This document shows positions 49,058-60,228 of a stretch of DNA of 64,000 bases, in pieces. This DNA is from Candidatus Latescibacterota bacterium (GTDB lineage: Bacteria; Latescibacterota; UBA2968; UBA8231). Within the stretch, counting starts at the first letter, position 1. Each line of letters starts with the position of its first letter. Both the position numbers and the translations under genes were made by a program. Under the pieces are notes generated by a model. It saw nothing but the letters and a program-made list of their open reading frames with translations, ran no database searches and had not been told where the DNA came from. Where the stretch lies: positions 960,001 to 1,024,000 of the forward strand of contig CBDCXV010000001.1 in the NCBI GenBank assembly GCA_965223905.1, in the 5' to 3' direction.

Positions 49058-51511
49058 CTACATCGTGTTCTGCGGGTCGACGACGAGCGTCAGAGCGACG
49101 CCGTGAGTGCCGGCCGACTCCCGCATCGGGTCGATTACCGGGCCGACCCAGTCTCTGAGCAAGCGGGCTGAAGTGCCTTGCAGCAGCGCCTGCCAGCGGT
49201 GGTTTCCGCGCAGCAGGGCAAGGGGAGCCGGGGCCGGTCCCAGAACCGCCCCCCCGGCCGGCAGGGAGCGGGACAGCATCCCGGTACCGCGACGGGCGGC
49301 GGCCTCCACCTGGTCCTGTACGGGGCCGCGCCAGCGCAGCAGCAGCAGGCGGCCGAACGGTGGAAAGCCGGCTTCGCGCCGATGCGCGAGCTCCTCTTCC
49401 GCAAAGCCTGTAAAGTCCTGCCGCGCCGCGGCGATCAGGGAGCGCTCCTCCGGCAGTCGCGTCTGCACCACTACCTCACCGAGGCGGTCCCCCCTGCCGG
49501 AACGGCCCGCCACCTGCGTCATTAGCTGGAAGCTCCGTTCCGCGGCGCGGAAGTCCGGCAGGTGCAACCCGGTGTCGGCGGAGATGACGCCGACCAGGGT
49601 CACCTCGGGAAAGTCCAGCCCCTTGGCGACCATCTGGGTTCCGAGCAGCACGTCCGCCTCGCCGGCGCGGAAGCGTTCGACGAGACGGTCGTGGGCCCCC
49701 TTCCACCCGGTCGTGTCGACGTCCATACGAATGACGCGGATACCTGGAAACTGTTCCAGGAGCGCGCTCTCGACCTGCTGCGTTCCGATGCCGGTCTCGC
49801 GGACTTCCTCGCTGCCGCACCCGGGACAGGTTGCCGGCACCGGGCGGCGGTAGTCGCAGTAGTGACAGCGCAGCTCCTCGGAGCGGCTCCGGTGCAGGGT
49901 CAGGCAGACGCGACAGTGGGTGCACTGCACCGTTTCCCCGCATTCGCGGCACTGCACGACCGGGGCGAAACCGCGGCGGTTCTGCAACAGGATGATGCGC
50001 TCGCCGCGCTCCAGGCGGTCGTGGATCTTCTTGCGCAGGACCTTGGAGAACAGCGCCGTCTTGCGGCGCTGGAATGGCTCGCGGCGCATGTCGACGACGG
50101 TGATTTCGGGAAGCGGGCGGCCGTCGACGCGCCGCGGCAGCGACAGGGTCCGGTACTTGCCCGAGAGCGCGTTCCAGTACGACTCCAGACTCGGGGTCGC
50201 CGACCCGAGCAGCACCGCGGCGCCTGCCATGCGCGCGCGCACCAGGGCGACGTCGCGGGCGCTGTAGGACAGGGCGTGGCGGTTTTCGAGATCGTCCTGG
50301 TTGTAGGAGCCGTCGTGTTCTTCGTCGACGACGACGAGCCCGAGGTCGGCCACCGGCGCCAGGACCGCCGAGCGGGGGCCGATGACGAGGCGCTGCTCCC
50401 CGCGCCGCAGGCGCCGCCAGGTATCGTAGCGCTCTCCCTTCGACAGCTGACTGTGGAGCACGGCGACGCGGTCTCCGAAACGCCCCTTGAAGCGCCGCAC
50501 CATCTGCCAGGCGAGGGCGATCTCCGGGACCAGGATTATGGCGCCGCGTCCCAGCCGCAACGCCTGCTCCGCGGCGCGCAGGTAGACCAGGGTCTTGCCG
50601 CTGCCGGTGACACCCTGGAGCAGGGCGGGGAAGTAGATGCCCTTCCCGAGGGCCTCGAGAACCGGCTCGAGGACCGCCTGCTGGTCGGGGTTCGGTTCGA
50701 GCGGCTCGTCCGCAAGGCCGTCGAGGTGGGCCAGGGGGTCGCGGACGATCTCCTCCTCGACGGTCTCTATCAGGCCCCGGGAACCGAGCCCGCGCAGTAT
50801 TGCGTATCCGAAGCCGCTGGCGACCAGCGCCTTTTTGGGTTCGGACCCGCGCTCGAGGACATGGCGCAGGCAGCTGGCCTGCTTCGGGGCCCGGCGGTCC
50901 AGCTCTGGCAGCTTCGCCGCGGCGAACTTCCCATCGGTAACCCGCACCCGCTGCTCCCGCCTGACCGATACCTCGGCGTCTTCGAGCACGGGGAGAATGT
51001 CGATCCGGCCGGCCCGTTGCATGCGCCGGAGCGCCTGTTCGAGTCCGTTGCGCCCCAGGCGCCTCCGCAGGGTCGTTACCTTGAGGGGGCGGGCGCTCAG
51101 CTCCTCGACGATGCGGGCGCCGAGCCCCTCTTCCACCGGCGGGTGGGCACCGTTGGCCAGCTGAACGCGCCGTTGCGTGGTCAGCTTGACGCCGGGAGGC
51201 AACGCCGCGGCAAGGGCGCTGCCGATCTGAGCTCCATAGTAGGAGGCCATCCACCGGCACAGGTCGACGACCTCCGGCGTAAGAGGGGAGTCGGCATCGA
51301 GGACCTGCACCAGGTCGCGGATTTTTCCCGGGCCAAGCGATTCAGCCGGCTCGGTATCGCCGATTACGAACCCGGTGACGAGGCGATTCTGTACTGGGAC
51401 TAGAACGACGGTTCCGGGACGGACGTCGCCGATCGCTTCCCCGGGCACGGCGTAGGTGAGTTCGCGTGGCAGGGGAGGAGGAAGCGCTACCTCCACGTAG
51501 CGCCGGCTCAT
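49058..51511 (-). CDS. priA: Primosomal protein N' (replication restart helicase)
   Basis: GVTGSGKT, DEEH, GSATPS, two CxxC pairs, GTQMVAKGLDFP, QVAGRSGR. Confidence 0.96.
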   Translation of the reverse strand: MSRRYVEVALPPPLPRELTYAVPGEAIGDVRPGTVVLVPVQNRLVTGFVIGDTEPAESLGPGKIRDLVQVLDADSPLTPEVVDLCRWMASYYGAQIGSALAAALPPGVKLTTQRRVQLANGAHPPVEEGLGARIVEELSARPLKVTTLRRRLGRNGLEQALRRMQRAGRIDILPVLEDAEVSVRREQRVRVTDGKFAAAKLPELDRRAPKQASCLRHVLERGSEPKKALVASGFGYAILRGLGSRGLIETVEEEIVRDPLAHLDGLADEPLEPNPDQQAVLEPVLEALGKGIYFPALLQGVTGSGKTLVYLRAAEQALRLGRGAIILVPEIALAWQMVRRFKGRFGDRVAVLHSQLSKGERYDTWRRLRRGEQRLVIGPRSAVLAPVADLGLVVVDEEHDGSYNQDDLENRHALSYSARDVALVRARMAGAAVLLGSATPSLESYWNALSGKYRTLSLPRRVDGRPLPEITVVDMRREPFQRRKTALFSKVLRKKIHDRLERGERIILLQNRRGFAPVVQCRECGETVQCTHCRVCLTLHRSRSEELRCHYCDYRRPVPATCPGCGSEEVRETGIGTQQVESALLEQFPGIRVIRMDVDTTGWKGAHDRLVERFRAGEADVLLGTQMVAKGLDFPEVTLVGVISADTGLHLPDFRAAERSFQLMTQVAGRSGRGDRLGEVVVQTRLPEERSLIAAARQDFTGFAEEELAHRREAGFPPFGRLLLLRWRGPVQDQVEAAARRGTGMLSRSLPAGGAVLGPAPAPLALLRGNHRWQALLQGTSARLLRDWVGPVIDPMRESAGTHGVALTLVVDPQNTM

Positions 51512-52569
51512 GGAGTACGCGGTCCGCCCGCGTTCGCCGTCGAGCCCTGCAAGGGGACCGAGGAAAGAGGCGTCAGGTCCGCTCTCAACAGGACTACTTC
51601 TTCGGATGAGGCCCGGAACCGCAGCACCCGGGGCGGGTCGCCGAGTCTGCCGCCCCCCAACAGCTGTCCCTGGAAATAGAACCGAAGCCCGTGAGGGCGC
51701 CCGGCCGTGACCGTGAAGGATTCAGCCGCCTCCCACCGCCGCGATTCTCCCCTGGGGACGATCTCTTCCCTGTGGCCGGCCCCGCCGTCCCACTGGATCC
51801 GCACCCAGGTGGAATCGACCGCCTCGGCTCTCAGAATCAGGGACGTTGCGAGGTCATGCCTTTCCTCCCCGCTCTCAGCGGCTGCCCCCTGCTCCTCCTG
51901 CAGGGCCGTCCCGGAGACCCCTTCGTCAGTAGGGGCGACACCCTCGGCCGGCGCCTCTACGACAGGATCGGCCGCAACCGCTCCCCGGCGCAGGGCATCC
52001 GCCGTATCTGCGCTGGTATTCGAAGTTTCTGCCAAGCGGCTGGACGGCGCTTCGAGAGCAGCAATGGGCACAGTCCCGGCCCCGGGATCCGGTTCCGCCT
52101 CCGTCGCCGGGTTCCCGTCACCTGTCAGGTGCAGGGCCGGGGGTATCTCAGCGGCGTCCCCAGACGGGGGGGCAGGCACTTCCGGTTCTCCTGAAAGGAA
52201 GATGGCGAGCAGAACCGCGGCGGCGACCGCCACTGCGGCCGCGATCACCCAGGTTGGAGGGACCGTGCCGATGAAGGCAGGAGACCGCCCCAAGCTGCGG
52301 CCATAAGAGAAGGAGGGTGCCGGGATATCGGGGCGGCCGAACTGGCGGTCGAAGAGGGTAGTGATCTCTACGGGGTCGAGGCCCAGGTAAGCTGCGTAGT
52401 TGGCCGCGGCCAGCCGTGCGTACACCGGCTCGATCCGGAATTCGCCGCTTTCCAGCTCGCGCAGGAGATTTGGGCTGATCCCGGTCCGCTGCTGAGCCTG
52501 CTCCAGGGTCTCTCCGCGCCGCTCGCGCGCCGCCCTGAGCAGGGGACCGAGGGGGATCTCCTCACTCAT
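51508..52569 (-). CDS. RodZ-like HTH_25/DUF4115 cytoskeletal membrane protein
   Basis: LGPLLRAARE HTH, YAAYLGLD, one TM, DSTWVRI C-terminal domain. Confidence 0.75.
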   Translation of the reverse strand: MSEEIPLGPLLRAARERRGETLEQAQQRTGISPNLLRELESGEFRIEPVYARLAAANYAAYLGLDPVEITTLFDRQFGRPDIPAPSFSYGRSLGRSPAFIGTVPPTWVIAAAVAVAAAVLLAIFLSGEPEVPAPPSGDAAEIPPALHLTGDGNPATEAEPDPGAGTVPIAALEAPSSRLAETSNTSADTADALRRGAVAADPVVEAPAEGVAPTDEGVSGTALQEEQGAAAESGEERHDLATSLILRAEAVDSTWVRIQWDGGAGHREEIVPRGESRRWEAAESFTVTAGRPHGLRFYFQGQLLGGGRLGDPPRVLRFRASSEEVVLLRADLTPLSSVPLQGSTANAGGPRTP

Positions 52570-52719
52570 GCCGAAAATTGCTCCACTGAGAACGATGCGG
52601 GGGTGATCGGAACGGGGGTTGGTAGTCGGGGGGATCGAGGCAGCGAGACCGCACCGCACCGCCCGTCCCGGAGACCTCCGTGCCCGCGGCAGGCCCGACT
52701 ACATCTGCGGACGGCGTCG

Positions 52720-53325
52720 TCAACAGCTGGAAAAATCGAATCCCAGCTCTTCGAGCATTGCGCTCAGGCGAGCTATCGGCAGACCCACAACATTATAATA
52801 ACAGCCATTTATACTTTCAACGAAGCGGGCGCCCCTACCCTGGATGGCGTACGAGCCCGCCTTGTCCATCGGCTCCCCGCTCGCCACGTACTCCTCGATC
52901 TCTTCGACTGACAAGGTCCGCATGCGCACCTCGGTGCGGACGCAATCGCGGATCTCCCGGTCCTCCGGGCCTTTCACTGCGATTCCGGTGAAGACCTCGT
53001 GGCGCCTGCCCGAAAGGCGCCCGAGCATGGCGGCCGCCTCCTCCGCGTCCCCCGGTTTGCCGAGAATTTCGCCGTCCAGACTGACCACCGTATCCGCGCC
53101 GACGACAACCGCAGTCGAGACCCGGCCCGAGGCTCGCAGAAGCCGATGGACGGCTGCGGCCTTGGCCGCGGCCGCGGCCAAGGCGTGGTGGCGCGGGGAG
53201 GATCCGCAGGGGGCCGGCTCCGCCTCGGGACTGGGGTGCTGCTCGAACCTGAGGCCGAGCTGGTGCAGCAGGGCGACGCGGCGCGGCGAAGCCGACGCGA
53301 GCACGAGGGAAGGGTTGGGATCCAT
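52720..53325 (-). CDS. maf: Maf family nucleoside triphosphate pyrophosphatase
   Basis: VLASASPRR, GADTVV, GKP, DKAGSYAIQG, NVVGLP. Confidence 0.92.
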   Translation of the reverse strand: MDPNPSLVLASASPRRVALLHQLGLRFEQHPSPEAEPAPCGSSPRHHALAAAAAKAAAVHRLLRASGRVSTAVVVGADTVVSLDGEILGKPGDAEEAAAMLGRLSGRRHEVFTGIAVKGPEDREIRDCVRTEVRMRTLSVEEIEEYVASGEPMDKAGSYAIQGRGARFVESINGCYYNVVGLPIARLSAMLEELGFDFSSC

Positions 53326-53329
53326 CCGG

Positions 53330-53770
53330 TCAGGGGCTCTCGACGATGACGGTGACCGGTCCGTCGTTGTGGATTTCGACCGCCATGTGGGCCCCGAACA
53401 CGCCGTGTGCGACTGGAATCCCGAGGCCCTCGAGAAGCTCGACAAAGCGCTCGTAGAGCGGCTCGGCGTGCTCGGGACGCGCCGCCTCGACAAAGCTGGG
53501 GCGCCGGCCGCGCCGGCAGTCTCCGTAGAGGGTGAACTGGGAGATCGCCAGAACCGCACCTCCCGTCTCCAGGAGGGAGCGGTTCATCCGCCCCTGCTCG
53601 TCGGGGAATACGCGCAGGTTGGCGCACTTTTCGGCGCAGAACCGGGCGTCGTCGCCGTCGTCTTCGGCGTGGACTCCGACGAGCAGCACGAGGCCGCGGT
53701 CGATGGCCCCGGCGGTTTCCCCGGCTACGGAGACCCGGGCGCTGCTGACCCGCTGAACGAGGATTCTCAC
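53330..53770 (-). CDS. dtd: D-aminoacyl-tRNA deacylase
   Basis: VQRVS, SQFTLYG, GRRPSF, NDGPVT. Confidence 0.95.
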   Translation of the reverse strand: MRILVQRVSSARVSVAGETAGAIDRGLVLLVGVHAEDDGDDARFCAEKCANLRVFPDEQGRMNRSLLETGGAVLAISQFTLYGDCRRGRRPSFVEAARPEHAEPLYERFVELLEGLGIPVAHGVFGAHMAVEIHNDGPVTVIVESP

Positions 53771-53865
53771 CGGGGTCGAGTCATTGGTGAAGTGGTTGTG
53801 AAGGGGTGCGGGGTGGCGGAGGCGACGGGAATGGAGCCAGGGCGGGACCTGCCGCCGCACGCGGA

Positions 53866-56325
53866 CTAGCGTCTGCGCCGGTCTCCGCGCTCGAAGCGGA
53901 TCTGCGGGATGTCCTTGAGCTGGACCTTGAAATAGAAGGCGCGAGTCCGGGCAAAACCAGTCGGTTTGATGTTGAAAGTCACCGTCCAGTCGTGGAACTC
54001 CCGCTGCAGCGACAGCAGCTCGGCGGTCACCCGCTTCCCGTCCAGCAGCGGCAACGGCGATTCGAGGTTGTAGCTGACCGAATAATGTACGTTCCAGGTC
54101 CGCCGCAACGACCATGTGACCGAGCCGCGCAGCCAGGAGTGCGTGCGGCCGAAGCTCTTGCTGCGCGAGTAGTAGTGCCCGATCTGCAGCCGCTGCGTAC
54201 TGCGCCGGTCGAGGTCGCGGTGCAGTCCGCTTTCGTAGCCGTAACCGCTGCGCCTCGACCCGGTGCCCCCGGGGTCGTATTCGCCGCCGTACATGCCCTG
54301 GTAATCCTGGCTGCCGGGCCGGCGCCCCGCTGTGGATCGCCGCGGGTCTTCCTCTATCCGCCCGCGTCGCCTCTGCAGGCGAAACCCCGAATTGATCTCG
54401 AACTGGCGCAGCGCCGGCGCCCCGCGGAAGTCGCCGTCGCCGTCATAGAACTCGGAACGCAGGCTCAGGCGCGCGTTGAACGGCCCGGCATCGACGGTTG
54501 CGCTCGATACGAGGTCGGACAGGGGACGGCTCTTTTTGTCGAAATCGTACGACGTCGAGAGGTTGACCTGGGCGACCCGGAACTTCGATTCCTCTTCCTC
54601 GCGCAGCAGCTTGAGCCAGAAACTGTTGCTCAGCCGCATGGTCAGTCGGCGCCTCTGCCGCCACAGGGAGGGGCGCCCGCCCACTCCCAGGGTTCCCCCG
54701 GTGTCGGTACGGGTCACCTGGTAGTTGACGCCCAGATCCGGCTTGACGACGTGCCGCAGGGCCGTCACCCGCCAGACCTGCGGGGTGAACATGCCGTAGA
54801 CGGTTTGCGACAGGGTGGCCGCGGCGCTGACCCGGGTGCTGCCGAGATTCTCGTAACGGTACTCGGAGCTGCGCAGGTCGGCGTCGCGCCAGCGCTGCGA
54901 CAGGCCCGAATTCAGGCTGAGCCAGTCCGCAGGACGCTGCTGCGTGGAAAGGCGGAGGGCGACATCGCTGCTGGTGCGGCTCGTCGCGTCGGCGGGGGTG
55001 CCCCGGCGCGTGTTGCGCAGGCGGGCGCTGCCGTCGTAGTAGATGCGGTGATACCAGGCGGACTGCCGTTCCCCCTTTTTTCGACCCCCGAACAGGGACC
55101 GGCGATTGCGGCGAAGGCTGACCTCGGGCAGCGCCGTGTTGAAGCGCCCGGTGTCGAGGTATTCGGTGCGGCTGGCGTTGACGCTGAGACTGTACCCGGA
55201 TTCGCGCCAGCGTTTGTTGAACCCCAGGTTCGAGCGCAGCGTGCGGGTCAGGCGCTCGCCGAGACGCGTGCTGTTGTCGCGCACGACGTCGCTGCTGCTC
55301 TGGAAGGTCCCCGCACCGCGCAGGCTGGCGGACTCACCGAGCTGCTGGTTGTGGCGCAGATTCGTCCACCACTCCCAGCGCGTGCCCGAGTCGGACTGCC
55401 TGTTCTCGATGCGGGTGTCGGCCTTGCCGTCGAAGTAGTAGCGCCGGGCGTACGCCAGGGCGACGCGGCCCAGCCAGCCGGAGCGCTGGCGCAGGTCCGC
55501 GGACAGGCGCAGGTCCCAGTAGTCGCTGGGGGCGAAGTAGTAGCCCAGGTTGCGCACTTCCCACTCCGACTGGCTGCTCCCGAAGCGCACCGGCCGTTGT
55601 CCGAAGCTCGGAGTCAGGAGCCCTGACTGGCGGTTCTCCCTCAGGGAGAATACGTAGAACGGCACCACCGCGACGCGGTTGTCGCCTATGCGCAAATAGA
55701 CCGGGCGGGCGATCGCCATGTCGCCGACCAGGACCTTGATCCGGGGGCTGTAGAAATCGAAGTGGGGCTCGGCAAGATCGCAGGTCGTGTACGATCCGGA
55801 GTGCACGTGAAACTCCTCTTCGCCGCGGGTGTCGATGCGGCTGCCGCTGTAGAAGCCCTCCTTGAAGCGGATGCGGCCATCGAAAATCGTTCCCTCCCCC
55901 GTCCTCATGTCGTACAGAATCCGGCCGCCGCGGATCGCGTCGTCCCCCTGGGTGAGGGTCGGCATACCGGTCGAATCGCCGCGGCTGCCCGCAGGAGAGC
56001 GGGCGACGATGAGCTCGCGGCTTCTGTGATAGACGATCTCGCCGGCCTGCAGGCGGGCGCCGCGGTGGTGGACGACGGCGTTGCCGCGCAGCAGCAGCGA
56101 GTCGCCCCGAAGGGAATGGACGTAGGTGTCGGCGGTGTACCTGAAGCTGTCCTCCTCTTCTGGAATGGTGCCGATCTCCTGCGGAGGCTGGAGCACCCTT
56201 CCCGGGGAGCTCGAGTCCGCGGGGCTGGGTTCGCCTCCCGGCGCAGGATCGCTGCCGCCGGAAGCTGCCGCGGCGACCGGCAGGAGCAGCAGCCCGGCCA
56301 GATGCCGTCTCCAGGCAGCCCTCAT
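53866..56325 (-). CDS. lptD: LPS-assembly protein LptD-like
   Basis: Signal peptide, OstA-like N-domain, [22 protein letters not shown], beta-barrel. Confidence 0.75.
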   Translation of the reverse strand: MRAAWRRHLAGLLLLPVAAAASGGSDPAPGGEPSPADSSSPGRVLQPPQEIGTIPEEEDSFRYTADTYVHSLRGDSLLLRGNAVVHHRGARLQAGEIVYHRSRELIVARSPAGSRGDSTGMPTLTQGDDAIRGGRILYDMRTGEGTIFDGRIRFKEGFYSGSRIDTRGEEEFHVHSGSYTTCDLAEPHFDFYSPRIKVLVGDMAIARPVYLRIGDNRVAVVPFYVFSLRENRQSGLLTPSFGQRPVRFGSSQSEWEVRNLGYYFAPSDYWDLRLSADLRQRSGWLGRVALAYARRYYFDGKADTRIENRQSDSGTRWEWWTNLRHNQQLGESASLRGAGTFQSSSDVVRDNSTRLGERLTRTLRSNLGFNKRWRESGYSLSVNASRTEYLDTGRFNTALPEVSLRRNRRSLFGGRKKGERQSAWYHRIYYDGSARLRNTRRGTPADATSRTSSDVALRLSTQQRPADWLSLNSGLSQRWRDADLRSSEYRYENLGSTRVSAAATLSQTVYGMFTPQVWRVTALRHVVKPDLGVNYQVTRTDTGGTLGVGGRPSLWRQRRRLTMRLSNSFWLKLLREEEESKFRVAQVNLSTSYDFDKKSRPLSDLVSSATVDAGPFNARLSLRSEFYDGDGDFRGAPALRQFEINSGFRLQRRRGRIEEDPRRSTAGRRPGSQDYQGMYGGEYDPGGTGSRRSGYGYESGLHRDLDRRSTQRLQIGHYYSRSKSFGRTHSWLRGSVTWSLRRTWNVHYSVSYNLESPLPLLDGKRVTAELLSLQREFHDWTVTFNIKPTGFARTRAFYFKVQLKDIPQIRFERGDRRRR

Positions 56326-57092
56326 CGCCGCTTGCCGTCGGAGCGCTGGCGGTACACCTCGAACAGGGCGATTCCCGCGGCGACCGAAGCGTTGAGAGAT
56401 CCGGTGACTCCCCGGCCCATCGGGATGCTGACCGCGAAATCGCAGGCCTCGGCAACGGTGCGCCGGATGCCGTGGTCCTCCCCTCCCACGACAATCGCGG
56501 TCGGCCCGAGGTAATCGACTTCCGTGAAGTTTCCCGGGGCCTGGGGCGACAGTCCGGTGATCCACAGCCCTGCGGCCTTCGCCTGCAGGATGGCGTCCTT
56601 GAGGTTGCGTACGCGGCATACCGGGATATGGTCGACGGCCCCCGCCGAGGCCTTGGCGACCGTTCCGGTCAAACCCGCGGACTGGCGCTGCGGAATGACG
56701 ACCCCGTCGGCGCCCGTGACACAGGCGCTGCGGATGATGGCGCCCAGATTGTGCGGGTCCTGGACGCGGTCGAGAAAGACCAGGAATGCGGTCCGGTCCA
56801 GCCCGGCGAGGAGCTCCTCGTAGTCGGCGAAGGGGCGGGCCGCGACCAGCGCTACGACTCCCTGGTGGCGGCGACCGGCGAGGCGGTCGAGCTCGGCGCG
56901 GGGGCGGAACTGGACGGGGATGCCGGCGCTCCGGGCGAGGGCGACGATCTCCTCGACGGTCCCGCCGGAAGACTGGCGGCTGACGACGACGCGCCGAAGC
57001 GGGCGCTCGCTGTCGAGGGCGGCGCGCACGGCGTTGCGTCCGAACAGGAGGTCGTCCTCTACCGGTCGGTCACCGGGTCCGGCGGAGTTCAC
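56322..57092 (-). CDS. rlmB: 23S rRNA Gm2251 methyltransferase (TrmH family)
   Basis: GRNAV, HQGVVA, DPHNLGAIIRS, KASAGA, GGED.GI, SLNASVA. Confidence 0.9.
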   Translation of the reverse strand: MNSAGPGDRPVEDDLLFGRNAVRAALDSERPLRRVVVSRQSSGGTVEEIVALARSAGIPVQFRPRAELDRLAGRRHQGVVALVAARPFADYEELLAGLDRTAFLVFLDRVQDPHNLGAIIRSACVTGADGVVIPQRQSAGLTGTVAKASAGAVDHIPVCRVRNLKDAILQAKAAGLWITGLSPQAPGNFTEVDYLGPTAIVVGGEDHGIRRTVAEACDFAVSIPMGRGVTGSLNASVAAGIALFEVYRQRSDGKRR

Positions 57093-57235
57093 GGGCAGGC
57101 TGTCGACGGGGTTGCGTGAAGGGAATGGAGGGCGGGGTGCCGGCCGCTCCCCGGGGGGAGGATGCCCCGGCTGGAGGGCGCCGGCGCCGGGCCCGCGGGA
57201 ATCAGGAGGATCGCCACCTTTTCGCGATGTCCGGC

Positions 57236-60040
57236 TCAGCCGCGGCCGTTGGGTCTTCCCGCAGCTGCGGCATCTGTCTCATTTTCGCGCTCCGCCTCCT
57301 CGCCTTCGGGATCCCTGTCGTCGCACTCGGACCGCCAGCGGTGCAGCAGTTGCAGGGCCTGCATCGGGGTGGTGTCGTCCAAGGGCAGCTCGCCTAGCTC
57401 ATGCAGTAATCGCAACGCGGTCCGCAGCTCCCCTGGCTGGTCGAACAGGTCCATCTGACCGCGGCGTTCACCGTGCTCCACGCTGCAATCGGGGTCGCCT
57501 CCGTTGTCCGGTGGCGAGGTGGAGGGCGGCTCCTCCGCGGCAGCGCCGCCTTCCAACCGGATCTGTTCAGCGTCGATCTGTTCGTTTTCCAGGCGCGCCA
57601 GGATCTCCCGGGCGCGCTCGACTACCGATCCCGGCATCCCCGCCATCTCAGCGACGTGAATGCCGTAGCTGCGGTCCGCGGGACCGGGCACCAGCCTGTG
57701 CAGGAAAACCACCCGGCCCTCTTCCTCGCGGACCGCGACGTTGTAGTTGACCACGCGCTCGAGCTTCCGTTCCAGCTCGGTGAGCTCGTGGTAATGTGTC
57801 GCGAACAACATGCGGGGCCTGATCCCGTCTCTTTCGTGGAGGTGCTCGACGATCGCCCAGGCGAGGCTCAGGCCGTCGAAGGTGCTCGTGCCGCGACCCA
57901 GCTCGTCCATCAGGATCAGGCTGCGGTCGGCGACGTTGTTGAGAATCGTCGCCGCCTCGATCATCTCCACCATGAAAGTGCTCTCACCGCGCGCCAGGTT
58001 GTCCGAGGCCCCGACCCGGGTGAAAATGCGGTCTACCACTCCGATATGCGCCTGCCGCGCCGGCACGAAGCTGCCCATCTGCCCCAGGATGACGATAATC
58101 CCGAGTTGGCGAATCGCCGTGCTCTTGCCGGCCATGTTCGGACCTGTGATCAGGAGAATCTGGTCATTGCTGCCGAGGCGCAGGTCGTTGGGGACGAAGC
58201 GCCCCTCCCGGAGCTGGCGCTCGACGACGGGGTGCCGCCCCCCGGAAATCTCGACGACGCGGCCGTCGTCGATGACGGGCCGCACGTACCCCCCTTCCTC
58301 GGCTGTTTCAGCCAGGGCGGCCAGAACGTCGATGGCGCTGACCGCCCTGGCACAGTCCTGAACCTCGGGAGCCCACGTGGAAACGCGCTCGCGGAGCTCG
58401 GCGAACAGCCCGCTTTCGCGTTCGACGATGCGCTCCGTGGCGTTGAGAATCTGCGCTTCCCGCTCCTTCAGACCGGGAATCACGTAGCGCTCGGCATTGG
58501 CCAGGGTCTGCTTGCGCTCGTAGTCCTCGGGAACGCGGTCGAGGTTCGCCTTGCTGACCTCGATGTAATAGCCGAACACCTGGTTGAAACCGACCTTCAG
58601 CGAGGAGATCCCGGTGCGCTCGCGCTCGCCTGCCTGAAGACGGGCGATCCAGCTTTTTCCCCCGGACTGGATCTCCCGGAGCTCGTCGAGCTCCTCGTCG
58701 TAGCCGTCCCTGAACAGGCCGCCATCCGCCATCGACGCGGGTGGATCGTCGACGAGGGCGGTGCGGACGAGGTCGACCAGTCCGGTCGTGTCCGGTAGAA
58801 GGGAAAGGGCTTCTTCCAGCGCGGTGGGCTTGTCGCCGTCCGGCCGCGGCAGCTCCCGCACCAGCCTGGCGAGCTCCGGCACCCGGGCGAGGGAAGCGGC
58901 CAGGCCGGCGAGGTCCCGGGCATTTGCCCGGCCGCAGCAGATGCGCGCGATCAGGCGCTCGAGATCTCCGATGTCGCCTAGTTGCAGGCGAACGCCGGAA
59001 CGGATCGTCGCGGACTCGAGCAATGTCGCCACCGCGTCGAGCCGGCTCTCGATCGCGGCGACGTCCAGCAGCGGTGCGGCGAGCCATTGACGCAGAAGGC
59101 GGGCACCCATGGCGGTGCGCGTGCAGTCGAGGACCTCGATGAGGGAGCCGGCGCGGCTGTTCTCTTGGTTGGTGGCGAACAGCTCGAGATGCCGCTGCGC
59201 CGCGGCGTCGAGAAACAAGTGTTCGGTGCGGCGGCGCCGGCGAATGCGGTTGATGTGGGCGACGGCCCCGCGCTGGTTTTCCCGCAAATACTCCAGCACC
59301 CCCCCGGCCGCCCTGACCGCCAGATCGATGTCGTCGCAGTCGAAGCTGCGCAGCGAGCGTACTCCGAGCTGCTCGGTCAGGGATTCGCAGGCGTGCCGGT
59401 GCTCGAACTGCCAGTCCTCGAGGCGGCTTATCGGCACTCCGGGTGCGCTGCTTTCGACGACGCGCATCCAATCCTCTCCCAGCGACTGGGCCAGGACGAG
59501 CTCCGCCGGCCCTACCCGCTGCAGCTCGTCTCCCACTTCGGCGGCACGCAGCTCGTCGAGCGAAAAGTCGCCGGTCGACAGATCTACCTCGGCCAAACCG
59601 ACCATTGTGTCTTCGCCAGCGGCGTCGCCGGCGGGAACCAGGGCTATCGTGTAGTTGTTGTTGTGCTCGTCGAGCATCGAGTCCAGAAGAGCGGTGCCGG
59701 GCGACACCACCTGTACGACGTCCCGTTTGACGATGCCCCTGGCCTCCCTGGGATCTTCGACCTGCTCGCAGATGGCCACCTTTTTCCCCATCTGCACGAG
59801 TTTGGCGACGTAGCGGTCGGCCGCATGGTGAGGGACCCCCGCAAGCGGAACTTCGCCGCTTCCGTGACCGTGGTTTCGCGTCGTCAGCGTAAGGCCCAGC
59901 AGCGCCGCCGCCTCCCTGGCGTCGTCGTAGAACATCTCGTAGAAATCCCCCATGCGGAAAAACAGGATGGCATCCGCGTGCTTGCGTTTGAAACGCATGA
60001 ACTGCTGCATCGCGGGGGAGAGTTTGGCGGGTGCTGCCAT
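57236..60040 (-). CDS. mutS: DNA mismatch repair protein MutS
   Basis: GDFYEMF, TGPNMAGKST, STFMVEM, DELGRGTS, FATHYHEL. Confidence 0.97.
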   Translation of the reverse strand: MAAPAKLSPAMQQFMRFKRKHADAILFFRMGDFYEMFYDDAREAAALLGLTLTTRNHGHGSGEVPLAGVPHHAADRYVAKLVQMGKKVAICEQVEDPREARGIVKRDVVQVVSPGTALLDSMLDEHNNNYTIALVPAGDAAGEDTMVGLAEVDLSTGDFSLDELRAAEVGDELQRVGPAELVLAQSLGEDWMRVVESSAPGVPISRLEDWQFEHRHACESLTEQLGVRSLRSFDCDDIDLAVRAAGGVLEYLRENQRGAVAHINRIRRRRRTEHLFLDAAAQRHLELFATNQENSRAGSLIEVLDCTRTAMGARLLRQWLAAPLLDVAAIESRLDAVATLLESATIRSGVRLQLGDIGDLERLIARICCGRANARDLAGLAASLARVPELARLVRELPRPDGDKPTALEEALSLLPDTTGLVDLVRTALVDDPPASMADGGLFRDGYDEELDELREIQSGGKSWIARLQAGERERTGISSLKVGFNQVFGYYIEVSKANLDRVPEDYERKQTLANAERYVIPGLKEREAQILNATERIVERESGLFAELRERVSTWAPEVQDCARAVSAIDVLAALAETAEEGGYVRPVIDDGRVVEISGGRHPVVERQLREGRFVPNDLRLGSNDQILLITGPNMAGKSTAIRQLGIIVILGQMGSFVPARQAHIGVVDRIFTRVGASDNLARGESTFMVEMIEAATILNNVADRSLILMDELGRGTSTFDGLSLAWAIVEHLHERDGIRPRMLFATHYHELTELERKLERVVNYNVAVREEEGRVVFLHRLVPGPADRSYGIHVAEMAGMPGSVVERAREILARLENEQIDAEQIRLEGGAAAEEPPSTSPPDNGGDPDCSVEHGERRGQMDLFDQPGELRTALRLLHELGELPLDDTTPMQALQLLHRWRSECDDRDPEGEEAERENETDAAAAGRPNGRG

Positions 60041-60148
60041 CGGGTCGCGGGGGAAGAAAGTGGGCGTGAGGGAACAGCCTCGTTATGAAAATAAGGGGGG
60101 TCGCGGTCCATACAACGGCCGCGAAAGACCGGCTTGGGTGCTCAAACA

Positions 60149-60179
60149 GGAAAGGCCGGGGGATTTCCCCGGCCTTTCC
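60149..60179 (-). terminator. Probable intrinsic terminator downstream of rpsA
   Basis: 13-bp stem GGAAAGGCCGGGG-N5-CCCCGGCCTTTCC followed by TGTTT on the minus strand. Confidence 0.65.
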
Positions 60180-60228
60180 CGTTGAAGAGATCTCCGGCGT
60201 TGACGGGTGCAGTCGCCGCCGGCTGTCG